DNA of 64,000 nucleotides from Eledone cirrhosa (Eukaryota), in the NCBI GenBank assembly GCA_964016885.1, contig OZ024742.1, positions 93,000,001 to 93,064,000 of the forward strand. The letters run 5' to 3'. Both the position numbers and the translations under genes were made by a program. The notes beneath the pieces are model-generated. The model saw only the letters and a list, made by a program, of their open reading frames with translations. It was not told the origin of the DNA and ran no database searches. This document shows, in pieces, positions 52,014 to 64,000 of this stretch (positions within the stretch are counted from its first letter, which is position 1; every line of letters starts with the position of its first letter).

Positions 52014-53305
52014 TCACTTACCTTGTTCGTGTGGTGAAGGGACAGTAGAACCGTCCCTTTCGCTGGTCATGGGTGTTTCCAAGAGGATGTCAGTGTATAT
52101 CCTCTTGGTAACCGTCCCTCTGAAGTCTCCAACTGCGTTGGGGAATTTTTGTTTTAAAGGTTTGTACTGTTCTATTGAGATTTTGATGATGCTTATGTTT
52201 ATCGGGAGAGTTCTTGGTGTTGGTGGGGTGTAGTAGTTTTTTTCTGTGATGTCTGTGTGCTGCTTTATATATTGTATGAGTTCTTTTTTTGCCATGTTTA
52301 TGGTTGTGTACTTTTTGGGGGAGGGGTGATTTTGTTGCTGTTTGGTGTGTGTGTCTTGTGTTTGCGTTGTTGGTGTTTGTGGTGGTGATGGTGGTGGTGT
52401 TGCTGCAAGTTTCCTTGCTGCCTTTACCCCTCTTTGTATGCCTTCGCTTTTGGAGGGTGAATCTAAGGGTTTTTTTTTTTTCTTTTTTGTGGCAGACCGT
52501 TTGCCACTTCACTCCCGCCTCAAACTCCATGTCGGATTCTGTGGCGTCTGGGAGGGGTATGTGCTCCACGGCTGTTGGTGGTGGTAGTGGAGCCCTCTTC
52601 GGCAATTTTGTTGCTGGTGTAGCTACTTCAAATGTAGCTATTGGTGTTGCCGCTACTGATGATGCTGCTTTAGTTATCCGTGGCCTTGGTACGGGTGCTA
52701 CGGACGTTGCCCTCCTACTCACCGTGGAAGGGGCTTCTTCGTTTGTTGCCTGCCCTGATCTTGGTAGCAGCGGACCAGGTATTGGAAGGAGAGGGCCCTT
52801 CTTCGCTGTTTTCTGCGGGCAAAAGGCCCTGAGGTGACCCTTCGACCCACAAAGATAACATTTTGGCCGTCTTCCTTCTATACTTATAGGGAGTTAGAGT
52901 CCTTCCTCGATGTCTATGATATCGGGATAGCCTCGATACATTCCTGGTCAGTTTGTATAAACATTTGCATGCCTATACCTGACCAGTTCTCTCTCCCTAT
53001 TTTTTCTACTTGCAGCATGGTCGCCCTGTTCTCAATTCCAGCAAGGACAGACGCGGCCAGCCAAGGTATGGGAACGTCAGGTGGGACCTGGGTCACTTTG
53101 ACCCTCACAATTTTCTGCCCGCAGTAGGAGGGCACCAAGACTATCTCCTCACTCTTTAGGGTTTCCAAAGAGTGAGACTTTGCTTCCTTGGGGGTGGCGA
53201 AAAGTACGTCTACTGTGGCGTACTTTCTGCTTCGGGTGATGTGGGTTTTGCGTGCCCAGACGCACCCCAAGGCCTTTTGGATTTGAGCCTCCGTGGCTCT
53301 CTCCA
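52014..53305 (-). pseudogene. LINE ORF1 with gag-type zinc knuckle
   Basis: CYLCGSKGHLRAFC read on the minus strand at ~52816-52860; Pro/Thr-rich linker; C-terminal block conserved with element 1. Confidence 0.85.
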
Positions 53306-53789
53306 CTCAATGTGAGATTTTGCGGCACTACAACGCTATCAGCTGTCAGTCCAAGCAGCCGATGGAAACAGGCGAAGGTGACGTCACTCGTCAAACATCG
53401 TTTATTTCCGTATTACTACCACGTGTAAGTGGAGTTTTCACGCGTTTTTTTGAGAGAGAGGGGGGGAGGGAGTGAGAGGGGAAGAGAGAGAGAGAGAGAG
53501 AGGGAAGACTTAAAAGGGCCAAATTAGAAAACAAATAGAAAACAAGTCATGGTTATAAAGCATATCGATGTAAGTGGAGTTACTTAAATGAAAATATAGG
53601 TGGCGCTTAAAAGGGCCAAATTAGAAAACAAATTTAAGTTAATTAGAAAACAAGTCATGGTTATCAAATAAATTTGATTTATTCATTTATATTTTCATTA
53701 TTCACCAACCTTATTCAAAAGCATGTTTAGAAACATTTTTTTCACCAACCTTATTCAAATGCATGGAATCAGATGACGGATATGTTCTA

Positions 53790-54608
53790 ATAACCTTTAG
53801 ATATGTTCTAATCTCCTTTAAATTCATACCGGCACATGAATTCAATGAGATGGGTTTGAAGCAAATTTCTGGCTGTCCCGTTTTCCCTTTTATTCCTATT
53901 TTTTACCTGTTTCCACAAGCAGTCTATGTGGCAAATGTTACTGGATCAACAAAATTGATCGAATGGTTCACCGTCAAATGTTGATAGCCTAGCTGATCGA
54001 TCGTATTATAGGAACGCCATAGATCAGATATTATGGTTGTCCCTGGCAATATACGATCCTGTATAATGGTTAAAAGTGTCTCCGCTGTCCTGTCTTCTAC
54101 TGCTACTAAAATACATCTGGTACTTCTTTCCAAAGCACCAAAAACCCACTGTGTTTTCACAGAATGGCCACGATGGTATTTCCTTCTCACGAATGTGCTT
54201 TCATCAATCTCGACAATTCGGTTTGGCCCGCCAAGCTTAATGTTTTGTGCCACATAGTACTCTGCACATACATCACGGCAAAATTTTCGCCAATCTGCTA
54301 CGGCGACATTCGCGATAGGACATTCCTCTGAAATCTTCTTTTGCCCAAAAATATAATATATCAACTATTTGTTCACACTTCAAATTGCTATTTTCTAATA
54401 GAAACCTGTTTTCTACATGGTCTTTTACATGACCAGATAATCCCATCTGACATTTTGTTTCGCTACTTCCAACATACGTTGACCACATGAAGGGCAGACC
54501 TTTTGTGTATTCAGAAGTCCTTGAATTTTCAACCAATTGACGGTATCTGCTGTAGTAGCGGTAGCGATGGTTAATTCCCTTAACACTTGGATATATTATA
54601 GAACTCAT
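53790..54608 (-). pseudogene. Merlin-superfamily (IS1595/ISXO2-like) DDE transposase remnant
   Basis: LGGPNRIVEIDES...RKYHRG...WVFG...GTTIISDLWRSY...HLTVNHSINFVDP, then a frameshifted HIDCLWKQVK...HLIEFMCR. Confidence 0.9.
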
Positions 54609-54669
54609 TTTTCAACTTGCAGATGCGTGTATTATCACAAAGTGAAGATTAAAGTTTATTTATTTACAC

Positions 54670-57600
54670 GTGGTGTTGGTGTGATGTAAATGGTAGGAGT
54701 AGGTGCTCTGTAATAGATTTACCATATAGTGAAGTATGGTTATGGTGTGGATTGGGGTAGATTAATGTGGTGTGGTGTGCTTTGTTATAAGTGAGCATTT
54801 AAATTTCCACTTTGATTTATGTTAGAAAAAAATTTTTCATTCATTTTTGCATGTGCTATCAACTTCCAAGAAGCTCGCTGTGGACTATGCTTTTAGCATA
54901 TTAACAAAAAATATGACTCCCGCTGCAATAAAAAATGACTAGCTTTGTAAATGTTATTTCCACCCACATTCTCCCTCTTTTTTCTACAAAGCTAGTCATT
55001 TTCATCAGGTTTCCATGTCATAACCATTGATATGTGCATAAAATAGTAATTTGCAAGCACCTTTTATATCAAATTGACAAATTTATGTGACAAATTTATG
55101 AAAATTTGTCACACCAAAATCAATAGCTTGGTGTGATGTAGTATGGTGAAGTTTCTATAAAGATAGTCATTTTCGACAGGTTTCCATGTCAAAATTGATA
55201 AGTGGAAAAAAAATAGTCAATTGGGAGCACCTTTAATGTCAGATTGGGTGGTAAGCACACAAACAAAAAAAAAAAAAAGAAACAGGAAGAAAATGTTTCA
55301 CACCAAGATCAATAGCTTGGTGCGATGTAGTATGGTGTAACTTGGTATGGTGTGGTTTGTTTTGGTAAAGTTATGAAATGGAAACCAATTGTAAACGATA
55401 GATTCCCATGTCATATTCTTTGATAATGTGTGGGAAAATAGTCATTTGGAGGCACCTTTGATGTTAGTTTGAGGTGGTAACCACAAAAAAAAAAAAAAAA
55501 AAAAAAAAAGCAGGTAGCAAATTTGTCACATTGATCTCCATACCATTGTTGTGATGTAAATAGTAAATATTTTTCCTTCATTTTTGCATGTGCTATCAAC
55601 TTCCAAGATGCTCGCAGTGGACTATGCTTTTAGCATATTAACTAAAAATATGACTTCCACTGCAATAAAAAATGACTAGCTTTGTAAATGGAATTTCCAC
55701 CCACATCCTCCCTCTTTTTTCTACAAAGCTAGGCATTTTCATCAGCTTTCCATGTCATAACCATTGATAATATGTGCATAAAATAGTAATTTGCAAGCAC
55801 CTTTTATGTAAAATTGGGTGGTAAGCACAAAAAACCCCCCCAAAAACGCCAGATGAAGATTTGTCACACCAAAATCAATAGCTTGGTGTGATGTAGTATG
55901 GTGTCGTTTGGTGAAGTTTCTACAAAGGTAGTCATTTTCGACAGGTTTCCATGTCATGATTATTGATAAGTGGAAAAAAAAAAAGTAAATTGGGAGCAAA
56001 TTTAATGTCAGATTGAGTGGTAAGCACACACTAAAAAAAAAAAGGAAACGGGAAGAAAATGTTTCACACCAAAATCAATAGCTTGGTGCGATGTAGTATG
56101 GTGTAACTTGGTATGGTGTGGTTATGAAATGGAAACCAATTGTAAACGATAGATTCCCATGTCATATTCATTGATAATGTGTGGGAAAATAGTCATTTGC
56201 AGGCACCTTTGATGTTAGTTTGAGGTGGTAGCCACAAAAAAAAAAAAAAGTAGGTAGCAAATTTGTCACATTGATCTCCATACCATGATGTGATGTAAAT
56301 GGTTGGAGTAGGTATTCTGTAATAAATTTACCATATAGTGAAGTATGGTTATGGTGAAGTATATGGTGTGGATTGTGGTAGATTAATGTGCTGTGGTGTG
56401 CTTTGTTATAAGTGAGGATTTAAATTTCCACTTTTATGTTAGAAAAAAATGTTTCCTTTATTTTTGCATGTGCTATCAACTTCCAAGAAGCCCGCAGTGG
56501 ACTATGCTTTTAGCATATTAACAAAAAATATGACTTCCGCTGCAATAAAAAATGACTAGCTTTGTAAATGGTATTTCCACCCACATCCTCCCTCTTTTTT
56601 CTACAAAGCTAGTCATTTTCATCAGGTTTCCATGTCATAACCATTGATAATATGTGCATAAAATAGTAATTTGCAAGCACCATTTATGTCAAATTGTGTT
56701 GTAAGCACAGAAAAAAAAAAAAAAAAAAATTGCTATGTGAAAATTTGTCACAACAAAATCAATAGCTTGGTGTGATGTAGTAAGGTGTGGTTTTGTGAAG
56801 TTTCTACAAAGATAGTCATTTTCGACGGGTTTCCATGTCATAATTATTGATAAGTGGAAAAAAAAAAAAGTAAATTGGGAGCATCTTTAATGTCAGATTG
56901 GGTGGTAAGCACACACAAAAAAAAAAAAAAAAGGAAACAGGAAGAAAATGTTTCAAACCAAGATCAATAGTTTAGTGCGATGTAGTATGGTGTAACTTGG
57001 TATGGTGTGGTTTGGTTTGGTGAAGTTATGAAATGGAAACCAATTGTAAACGATAGATTCCCATGTCATATTCTTTGATAATGTGTGGGAAAATAGTCAT
57101 TTGGAGGCACCTTTGATGTTAGTTTGAGGTGGTAACCACAAAAAAAAAAAAAAAAAAAAAAAAAAGCAGGTAGCAAATTTGTCACATTGATCTCCATACC
57201 ATTGTTGTGATGTAAATAGTAGGAGTAGGTGTTCTGTAATAAATTTACCATATAGTGAAGTATGGTTATGGTGAATTTATGGTGTGGATTGGGGGAGATA
57301 AATGTGCAGTGGTGTGCTTTATTATAAGTGAGGATTTAAATTTCCACTTTGATTTATGTTAAAAAAAATTTTTTCCTTCATTTTTGCATGTGCTATCAAC
57401 TTCCAAGATGCTCGCAGTGGACTATGCTTTTAGCATATTAACTAAAAATATGACTTCCACTGCAATAAAAAATGACTAGCTTTGTAAATGGAATTTCCAC
57501 CCACATCCTCCCTCTTTTTTCTACAAAGCTAGGCATTTTCATCAGCTTTCCATGTCATAACCATTGATAATATGTGCATAAAATAGTAATTTGCAAGCAC

Positions 57601-60600
57601 CTTTTATGTCAAATTGGGTGGTAAGCACAAAAAAACCAAAAACCCCCCCCCCAAAAATGCCAGATGAAGATTTGTCACACCAAAATCAATAGCTTGGTGT
57701 GATGTAGTATGGTATCGTTTGGTGAAGTTTCTACAAAGGTAGTCATTTTCGACAGGTTTCCATGTCATGATTATTGATAAGTGGAAAAAAAAAAAGTAAA
57801 TTGGGAGCAAATTTAATGTCAGATTGAGTGGTAAGCACACACTAAAAAAAAAAGGAAACGGGAAGAAAATGTTTCACACCAAAATCAATAGCTTGGTGCG
57901 ATGTAGTATGGTGTAACTTGGTATGGTGTGGTTATGAAATGGAAACCAATTGTAAACGATAGATTCCCATGTCATATTCATTGATAATGTGTGGGAAAAT
58001 AGTCATTTGCAGGCACCTTTAATGTTAGTTTGAGGTGGTAGCCACAAAAAAAAAAAAAAAGTAGGTAGCAAATTTGTCACATTGATCTCCATACCATGAT
58101 GTGATGTAAATGGTTGGAGTAGGTATTCTGTAATAAATTTACCATATAGTGAAGTATGGTTATGGTGAAGTATATGGTGTGGATTGTGGTAGATTAATGT
58201 GCTGTGGTGTGCTTTGTTATAAGTGAGGATTTAAATTTCCACTTTTATTTTAGAAAAAAATTTTTCCTTTATTTTTGCATGTGCTATCAACTTCCAAGAA
58301 GCCCGCAGTGGACTATGCTTTTAGCATATTAACAAAAAATATGACTTCCGCTGCAATAAAAAATGACTAGCTTTGTAAATGGTATTTCCACCCACATCCT
58401 CCCTCTTTTTTCTACAAAGCTAGTCATTTTCATCAGGTTTCCATGTCATAACCATTGATAATATGTGCATAAAATAGTAATTTGCAAGCACCATTTATGT
58501 CAAATTGTGTTGTAAGCACAGAAAAAAAAAAAAAAAAAAAAATTGCCATGTGAAAATTTGTCACAACAAAATCAATAGATTGGTGTGATGTAGTAAGGTG
58601 TGGTTTTGTGAAGTTTCTACAAAGATAGTCATTTTCGACGGGTTTCCATGTCGTAATTATTGATAAGTGGAAAAAAAAATAGTAAATTGGGAGCATCTTT
58701 AATGTCAGATTGGGTGGTAAGCACAAACAAAAAAAAAAAAAAAGGAAACAGGAAGAAAATGTTTCAAACCAAGATCAATAGCTTAGTGCGATGTAGTATG
58801 GTGTAACTTGGTATGGTGTGGTTTGGTTTGGTGAAGTTATGAAATGGAAAGGAATTGTAAACGATAGATTCCCATGTCATATTCATTGATAATGTGTGGG
58901 GAAAATAGTCATTTGCAAGCATCTTTATTGTTACTTTGAGGTGGTAACCACAAAAAAAAGAAAAAAAAAAAAAAGCAGAGAGCAAATTTGTCACAGTGAT
59001 GTCCATACCATGGTGTGATGTAAATGGTAGGAGTAGATGTTCTGTCATAAATTTACCATATAGTGAAGTATGGTTATGGTGTGGATTGGGGTAGATTAAT
59101 GTGCTGTGGTGTGCTTTGTTATAAGTGAGGATTTAAATTTCCACTTTGATTTATGCTAGAAAAAAATTTTTCCTTCATTTTTGCATGTGCTATCAACTTC
59201 CAAGAAGCTCGCTGTGGACTATGCTTTTAGCATATTAACAAAAAATATGACTTCCGCTGCAATAAAAAATGACTAACTTTGTAAATGGTATTTCCACCCA
59301 CATCCTCCCTCTTTTTTCTACAAAGCTAGTCATTTTCATCAGGTTTCCATGTCATAACCATTGATATGTGCATAAAATAGTAATTTGCAAGCACCTTTTA
59401 TGTCAAATTGAGTGGTAAGCACAAAAAAACAAAAAAAAACAAAAAAATGCCAAATGAAAATTTGTCACAACAAAATCAATAGCTTGGTGTGATGTAGTAT
59501 GGTGTTGTTTGGTGAAGTTTCTACAAAGATAGTCATTTTCGACAGGTTTCCATGTCATAATTATTGATAAGTGGAAAAAAAATAGTCAATTGGGAGCACA
59601 TTTAATGTCAGATTGGGTGGTAAGCACATACAAAAAAAAAAAAAGGAAACGGGAAGAAAATGTTTCACACCAAGATCAATAGCTTGGTGCGATGTAGTAT
59701 GGTGTAGTTATGAAATGGAAACCAATTGTAAACGATAGATTCCCATGTCATATTCATTGATAATGTGTGGGAAAATAGTCATTTGCAGGCACCTTTGATG
59801 TTAGTTTGAGGTGGTAGCCACAAAAAAAAAAAAAAGTAGGTAGCAAATTTGTCACATTGATCTCCATACCATGATGTGATGTAAATGGTTGGAGTAGGTA
59901 TTCTGTAATAAATTTACCATATAGTGAAGTATGGTTATGGTGAAGTATATGGTGTGGATTGTGGTAGATTAATGTGCTGTGGTGTGCTTTGTTATAAGTG
60001 AGGATTTAAATTTCCACTTTTATTTTAGAAAAAAATTTTTCATTTATTTTTGCATGTGCTATCAACTTCCAAGAAGCCCGCAGTGGACTATGCTTTTAGC
60101 ATATTAACAAAAAATATGACTTCCGCTGCAATAAAAAATGACTAGCTTTGTAAATGGTATTTCCACCCACATCCTCCCTCTTTTTTCTACAAAGCTAGTC
60201 ATTTTCATCAGGTTTCCATGTCATAACCATTGATAATATGTGCATAAAATAGTAATTTGCAAGCACCATTTATGTCAAATTGTGTTGTAAGCACAGAAAA
60301 AAAAAAAAAAAAAAATTGCCATGTGAAAATTTGTCACAACAAAATCAATAGCTTGGTGTGATGTAGTAAGGTGTGGTTTTGTGAAGTTTCTACAAAGATA
60401 GTCATTTTCGACGGGTTTCCATATCGTAATTATTGATAAGTGGAAAAAAAAATAGTAAATTGGGAGCATCTTTAATGTCAGATTGGGTGGTAAGCACACA
60501 CACAAAAAAAAAAAAAAGGAAACAGGAAGAAAATGTTTCAAACCAAGATCAATAGCTTGGTGCAATGTAGTATGGTGTAACTTGGTATGGTGTGGTTATG

Positions 60601-61285
60601 AAATGGAAACCAATTGTAAACGATAGATTCCCATGTCATATTCATTGATAATGTGTGAGAAAATAGTCATTTGCAGGCACCTCTGATGTTAGTTTGAGGT
60701 GGTAACCACAAAAAAAAAAGTAGGTAGCAAATTTGTCACATTGATCTCCATACCATGGTGTGATGTAAATGGTTGGAGTAGGTATTCTGTAATAAATTTA
60801 CCATAATATGGTGCTGTTTGATATGGTGTGGTTTGGGGTAGATTAATGTGGTATGATGTGCTTTGTTATAAGAAAGGAATTATATTTCCACTTTGCATGT
60901 GCTATCAACTAATACAACTTCCAAGATGCTCGCAGTGGACTATGCTTTTAGCATATTAACAAAAAATGACTAGCTTTGTAAATGGTATTTCCACCCACAT
61001 CCTCCCTCTTTTTTCTACAAAGCTAGTCATTTTCGACAGTTTTCCATGTAATAATTATTGATATGTGCGAAAAATAGTCAATTGCAGCACCTTTGATGTC
61101 AGATTGGGTGGTAAGAACACACACAAAAAAAAAAAAAGAAACAGGAAGAAAATTTTTCAGTGAGATCAAAAGCATGGTGTGATGTAGAATGGTGTAGTTT
61201 GGATTGTTGTAGTTATGACATGGGAACCTATTGCAAATGATAGGTTTCCATGTTATATACATTGATAATGTGTAAAAAAATAGCA
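54670..61285. repeat. Complex satellite, ~0.85-0.92-kb monomer, about 7.5 copies
   Basis: TTTGCATGTGCTATCAACT recurs at ~54846, 55583, 56462, 57383, 58275, 59180, 60049 and 60892. Confidence 0.95.
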
Positions 61286-63880
61286 TCTGTGTTAACGTGT
61301 GTTAGCGTCTGTGTCAGCATTTTCATTAGTGTTTGCATCAGTGTTTCCTTTAGCTTCTACGTCAATGTTTACATCTGTGTTAAGGTTCACATTAGCATCG
61401 CTGTCATTGTTTGCGTCAGCATTTGCGTTTGCTTTAACATCTGCATCAACATTTGCGTCTGTGTTTGCATTAGTGTCTGCATTTGCTTTTTTTATATCAG
61501 TGTGAGTAGTTGTCAGTGTCCACGTCAGCATTAGAGTCTGTGTAGCATTTACATCAGCGTGTGCGTCAGAGTCTTTGCACCTGCATCAGTATTCACGTTA
61601 GTGTTTGTGTCAACATTTGCGCTAGCGTTTGTGCCAGCATAGCCATCTTCGTCAGTGTCAGGGTTGGCGTTAGTGTTCGTGTTAGTGTTTGATTTTGTAT
61701 TAGTGTTAGCATTTTTGTTAGTGTTAGTGTTTGTGTTAGTGTTCAGGTTAATGTTGACTTAGTTTTCTGGTTAGTGTTAGTTTTCAGGTTAGGGCTCATG
61801 TTACTTTTAGTGTTAGTGCTCAGGTTAGTGGTTTATGGTAGTGTTAGTTTTAGTGGTAGTGTTAGTGTTCAGGTTAATGTTCGTGTTAATGTCAGTTTTA
61901 GTGTTAGTGTTTACGGTAGTGTTAGTTTTAGTGTTAGTGTTTTATTTTGTGTTAGTGTTTCCATTAGTGTTAGTGCTAGTCTTTGTTTTTCTGTTAATGT
62001 TAGGGTTAGGGTTAGTGTTGAGGTTAATGTTAGCTTAGTTTTCTGGTTAGTATCAGTTTTCTGATTAGTGTTTGTGTTAGTGTTTTTTTTAGTGTTAGTT
62101 TTTATGGTAGTATTAGTGTTACTGTTAGTGCTCAGATCAGTGTTAGCGTTTGTGTTACTGTTTATGGTAGTGTAAGTGTTAAGGTTAGTGTTAGAGATTG
62201 TGTTAGTGTTTATTTTTGTGTTAATATTTGTATTAGTATCTCTGTTACCATTAGTGATTGATGTTTCCATTAGTGTTAGTGATTGTGTTAGCGTTAGTCT
62301 TTGTTTTTGTGTTAATGTTAGCATTAGTATTTCTGTTAGTGTTAGCATGAGTGTTTGTGTTAGTGTTCAGGTTAATGTTAGCTTAGTTTTCAGGTTAGTG
62401 TTAGTGTTCAAGTTAATGTTAGTTTTAGTGTTAGTGTTTGTTTTTGTGTTAATATTTGTGTTAGTATCTCTGTTAGTGTTAGTTTTAGTGTAAGTGTTCA
62501 GGTTAGTGTTAGTGTTCAAGTTAGTTTTAGTTTTAGTGTTAAGGTTAGTGTTAGTATTTTTTTTGTGTTAATATTTGTGTTAGTGTCTCTGTTAGTATTA
62601 GTGTTTGATGTTTCCATTAGTGTTAGTGATTGTGTTAGCATTAGTCTTTGTTTTTGTGTTAAGGTTAGCATTAATGTTAGCATTAGTATTTCTGTTAGTG
62701 TTAGCATGCGTGTTTATGTTAGTGTTCAGGTTAATGTTAGCTTAGTTTTCAGGTTAGAGTTAGTGTTCAAGTTAATGTTAGTTTTAGTGTTAGTGTTGAG
62801 ATTAGTGTTAGAGATTGTGTTAGTGTTTGTTTTTGTGTTAATATTTGTGTTAGTATCTCTGTTAGCATTAGTGATTGATGTTTCCATTAGTGTTAGTGAT
62901 TGTGTTAGCGTTAGTCTTTGTTTTTGTGTTAATGTTAGCATTAGTATTTCTGTTAGTGTTAGTGTTCAGGTTAATGTTAGCTTAGTTTTCAGGTTAGTGT
63001 TAGCGTTCAAGTTAATGTTAGTTTTAGTGTTAGAGATTGTGTTAATATTTGTGTTAGTAACTCTGTTAGTGTTAGTTTTAGTGTAAGTGTTCAGGTTAGT
63101 GTTAGTGTTCAAGTTAATGATAAGGTTAGTGTTAGAGATTGTGTTAGTGTTAGTATTTGTTTTTGTGTTAATATTTGTGTTAGTATCTCTGTTAGCATTA
63201 GTGTTTGATGTTTCCATTAGTGTTAGTGATTGTGTTAGCGTTAGTCTTTGTTTTTGTGTTAAGGTTAGCGTTAATGTTAGCATTAGTATTTCTGTTAGTG
63301 TTAGCATTAGTATTTATGTTAGTGTTCAGGTTAATGTTAGCTTAGTTTTCAGGTTAGAGTTAGTGTTGAAGTTAATGTTAGTTTTAGAGATTGTGTTAGT
63401 GTTTGTTTTTGTGTTAATATTTGTGTTAGTATCTCTGTTAGCGTTAGTGTTTGTTTTAGTGTTGAAGTTAATGCTAGCTTAGTTTTCTGGTTAGTATCAG
63501 TTTTCAGATTAGTGTTTGTGTTAGTGTTACTTTTAGTGTTAGTGCTCAGGTCAGTGTTAGTGTTTATGGTAGTGTTAGTTTTAGTGCTAGTGTTCAGGCT
63601 AATGTTTGTGCTAACGTTAGTTTTAGTGTAAGTGTTCAGGTTAGTGTTAGTGTTTGTATTAGTGTTTACGGTAGTGTTAGTTTTAGTGCTGATGTTCAGG
63701 TTAGTGTTAGTGTCAGTTTTAGTGTTAGTGTTCAGGTTAGTGTTTGTGTTAGTTTGCTATTTAATGTTAGTTTTCAGATTTTGTGTTTGTGTTAGTTTTT
63801 ATGTTAGCGCTAAGTTCACTGTTAGGGCATGTGTGAGTGCAAGTGTTAGAGCATGTGTGAGTGCAAATGTTAGGGTAAGT
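61285..63880. repeat. Degenerate hexamer (GTTAGT)n tract with ~270-350-bp higher-order duplications
   Basis: 6-bp periodicity; the block GATGTTTCCATTAGTGTTAGTGATTG recurs at ~62260, 62607, 62877 and 63207. Confidence 0.9.
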
Positions 63881-64000
63881 TATTTTTAAAGTTCGGTTTT
63901 AGCTTAAAGTTAGGTTTTCTACTTTCCAGGAAAAAAGTTGATCCTCTTTAACTTGAGTGGTGTGATATAGTGTGGTAAAGTATAGTGTTTCATAGTCTTG

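Larger units (their letters stand above)
48337..53305 (-). mobile_element. Second L1/Tx1-clade LINE (related subfamily), 5'-truncated in ORF1
   Basis: Same domain order as element 1; tail at 48337-48370 abuts the 5' end of element 1. Confidence 0.95.

Noticed and set aside
43350-53130. Plus-strand ORFs over the LINEs
   Set aside because: Antisense shadows of GC-rich LINE coding sequence.
61250-63889. Val/Leu/Ser-rich membrane-like ORFs
   Set aside because: Artefacts of the hexamer repeat.

Overview
Eukaryotic, repeat-dominated genomic DNA with no confidently identifiable host gene. The SINE, RTE and MITE repertoire resembles what I recall from Octopus (cephalopod) genomes; this attribution is an inference. 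Layout: (1) 1-11.7 kb, a 64/65-bp satellite with a 2190-bp higher-order duplication. (2) 12-43 kb, a mosaic of microsatellites, tRNA-derived CORE-type SINEs with RTE-derived tails, an inverted pair of 1.3-kb RTE LINE fragments, R4/Dong-like fragments, MITEs and a Helitron end. (3) 43-53 kb, two head-to-tail L1/Tx1-clade LINEs. (4) About 54 kb, a decayed Merlin (IS1595-like) transposase. (5) 54.6-61.3 kb, a ~0.9-kb satellite. (6) A (GTTAGT)n-derived tract. The most interesting signal is non-coding: at least five unrelated families of short fold-back elements, most embedded in (TA)n. Each carries minimal type I hammerhead ribozyme motifs pointing outward, and one arm has a 3' 'tail' extension. 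This is the architecture of non-autonomous Penelope-like (retrozyme-like) elements. All structures were read by eye; no folding or database search was run.
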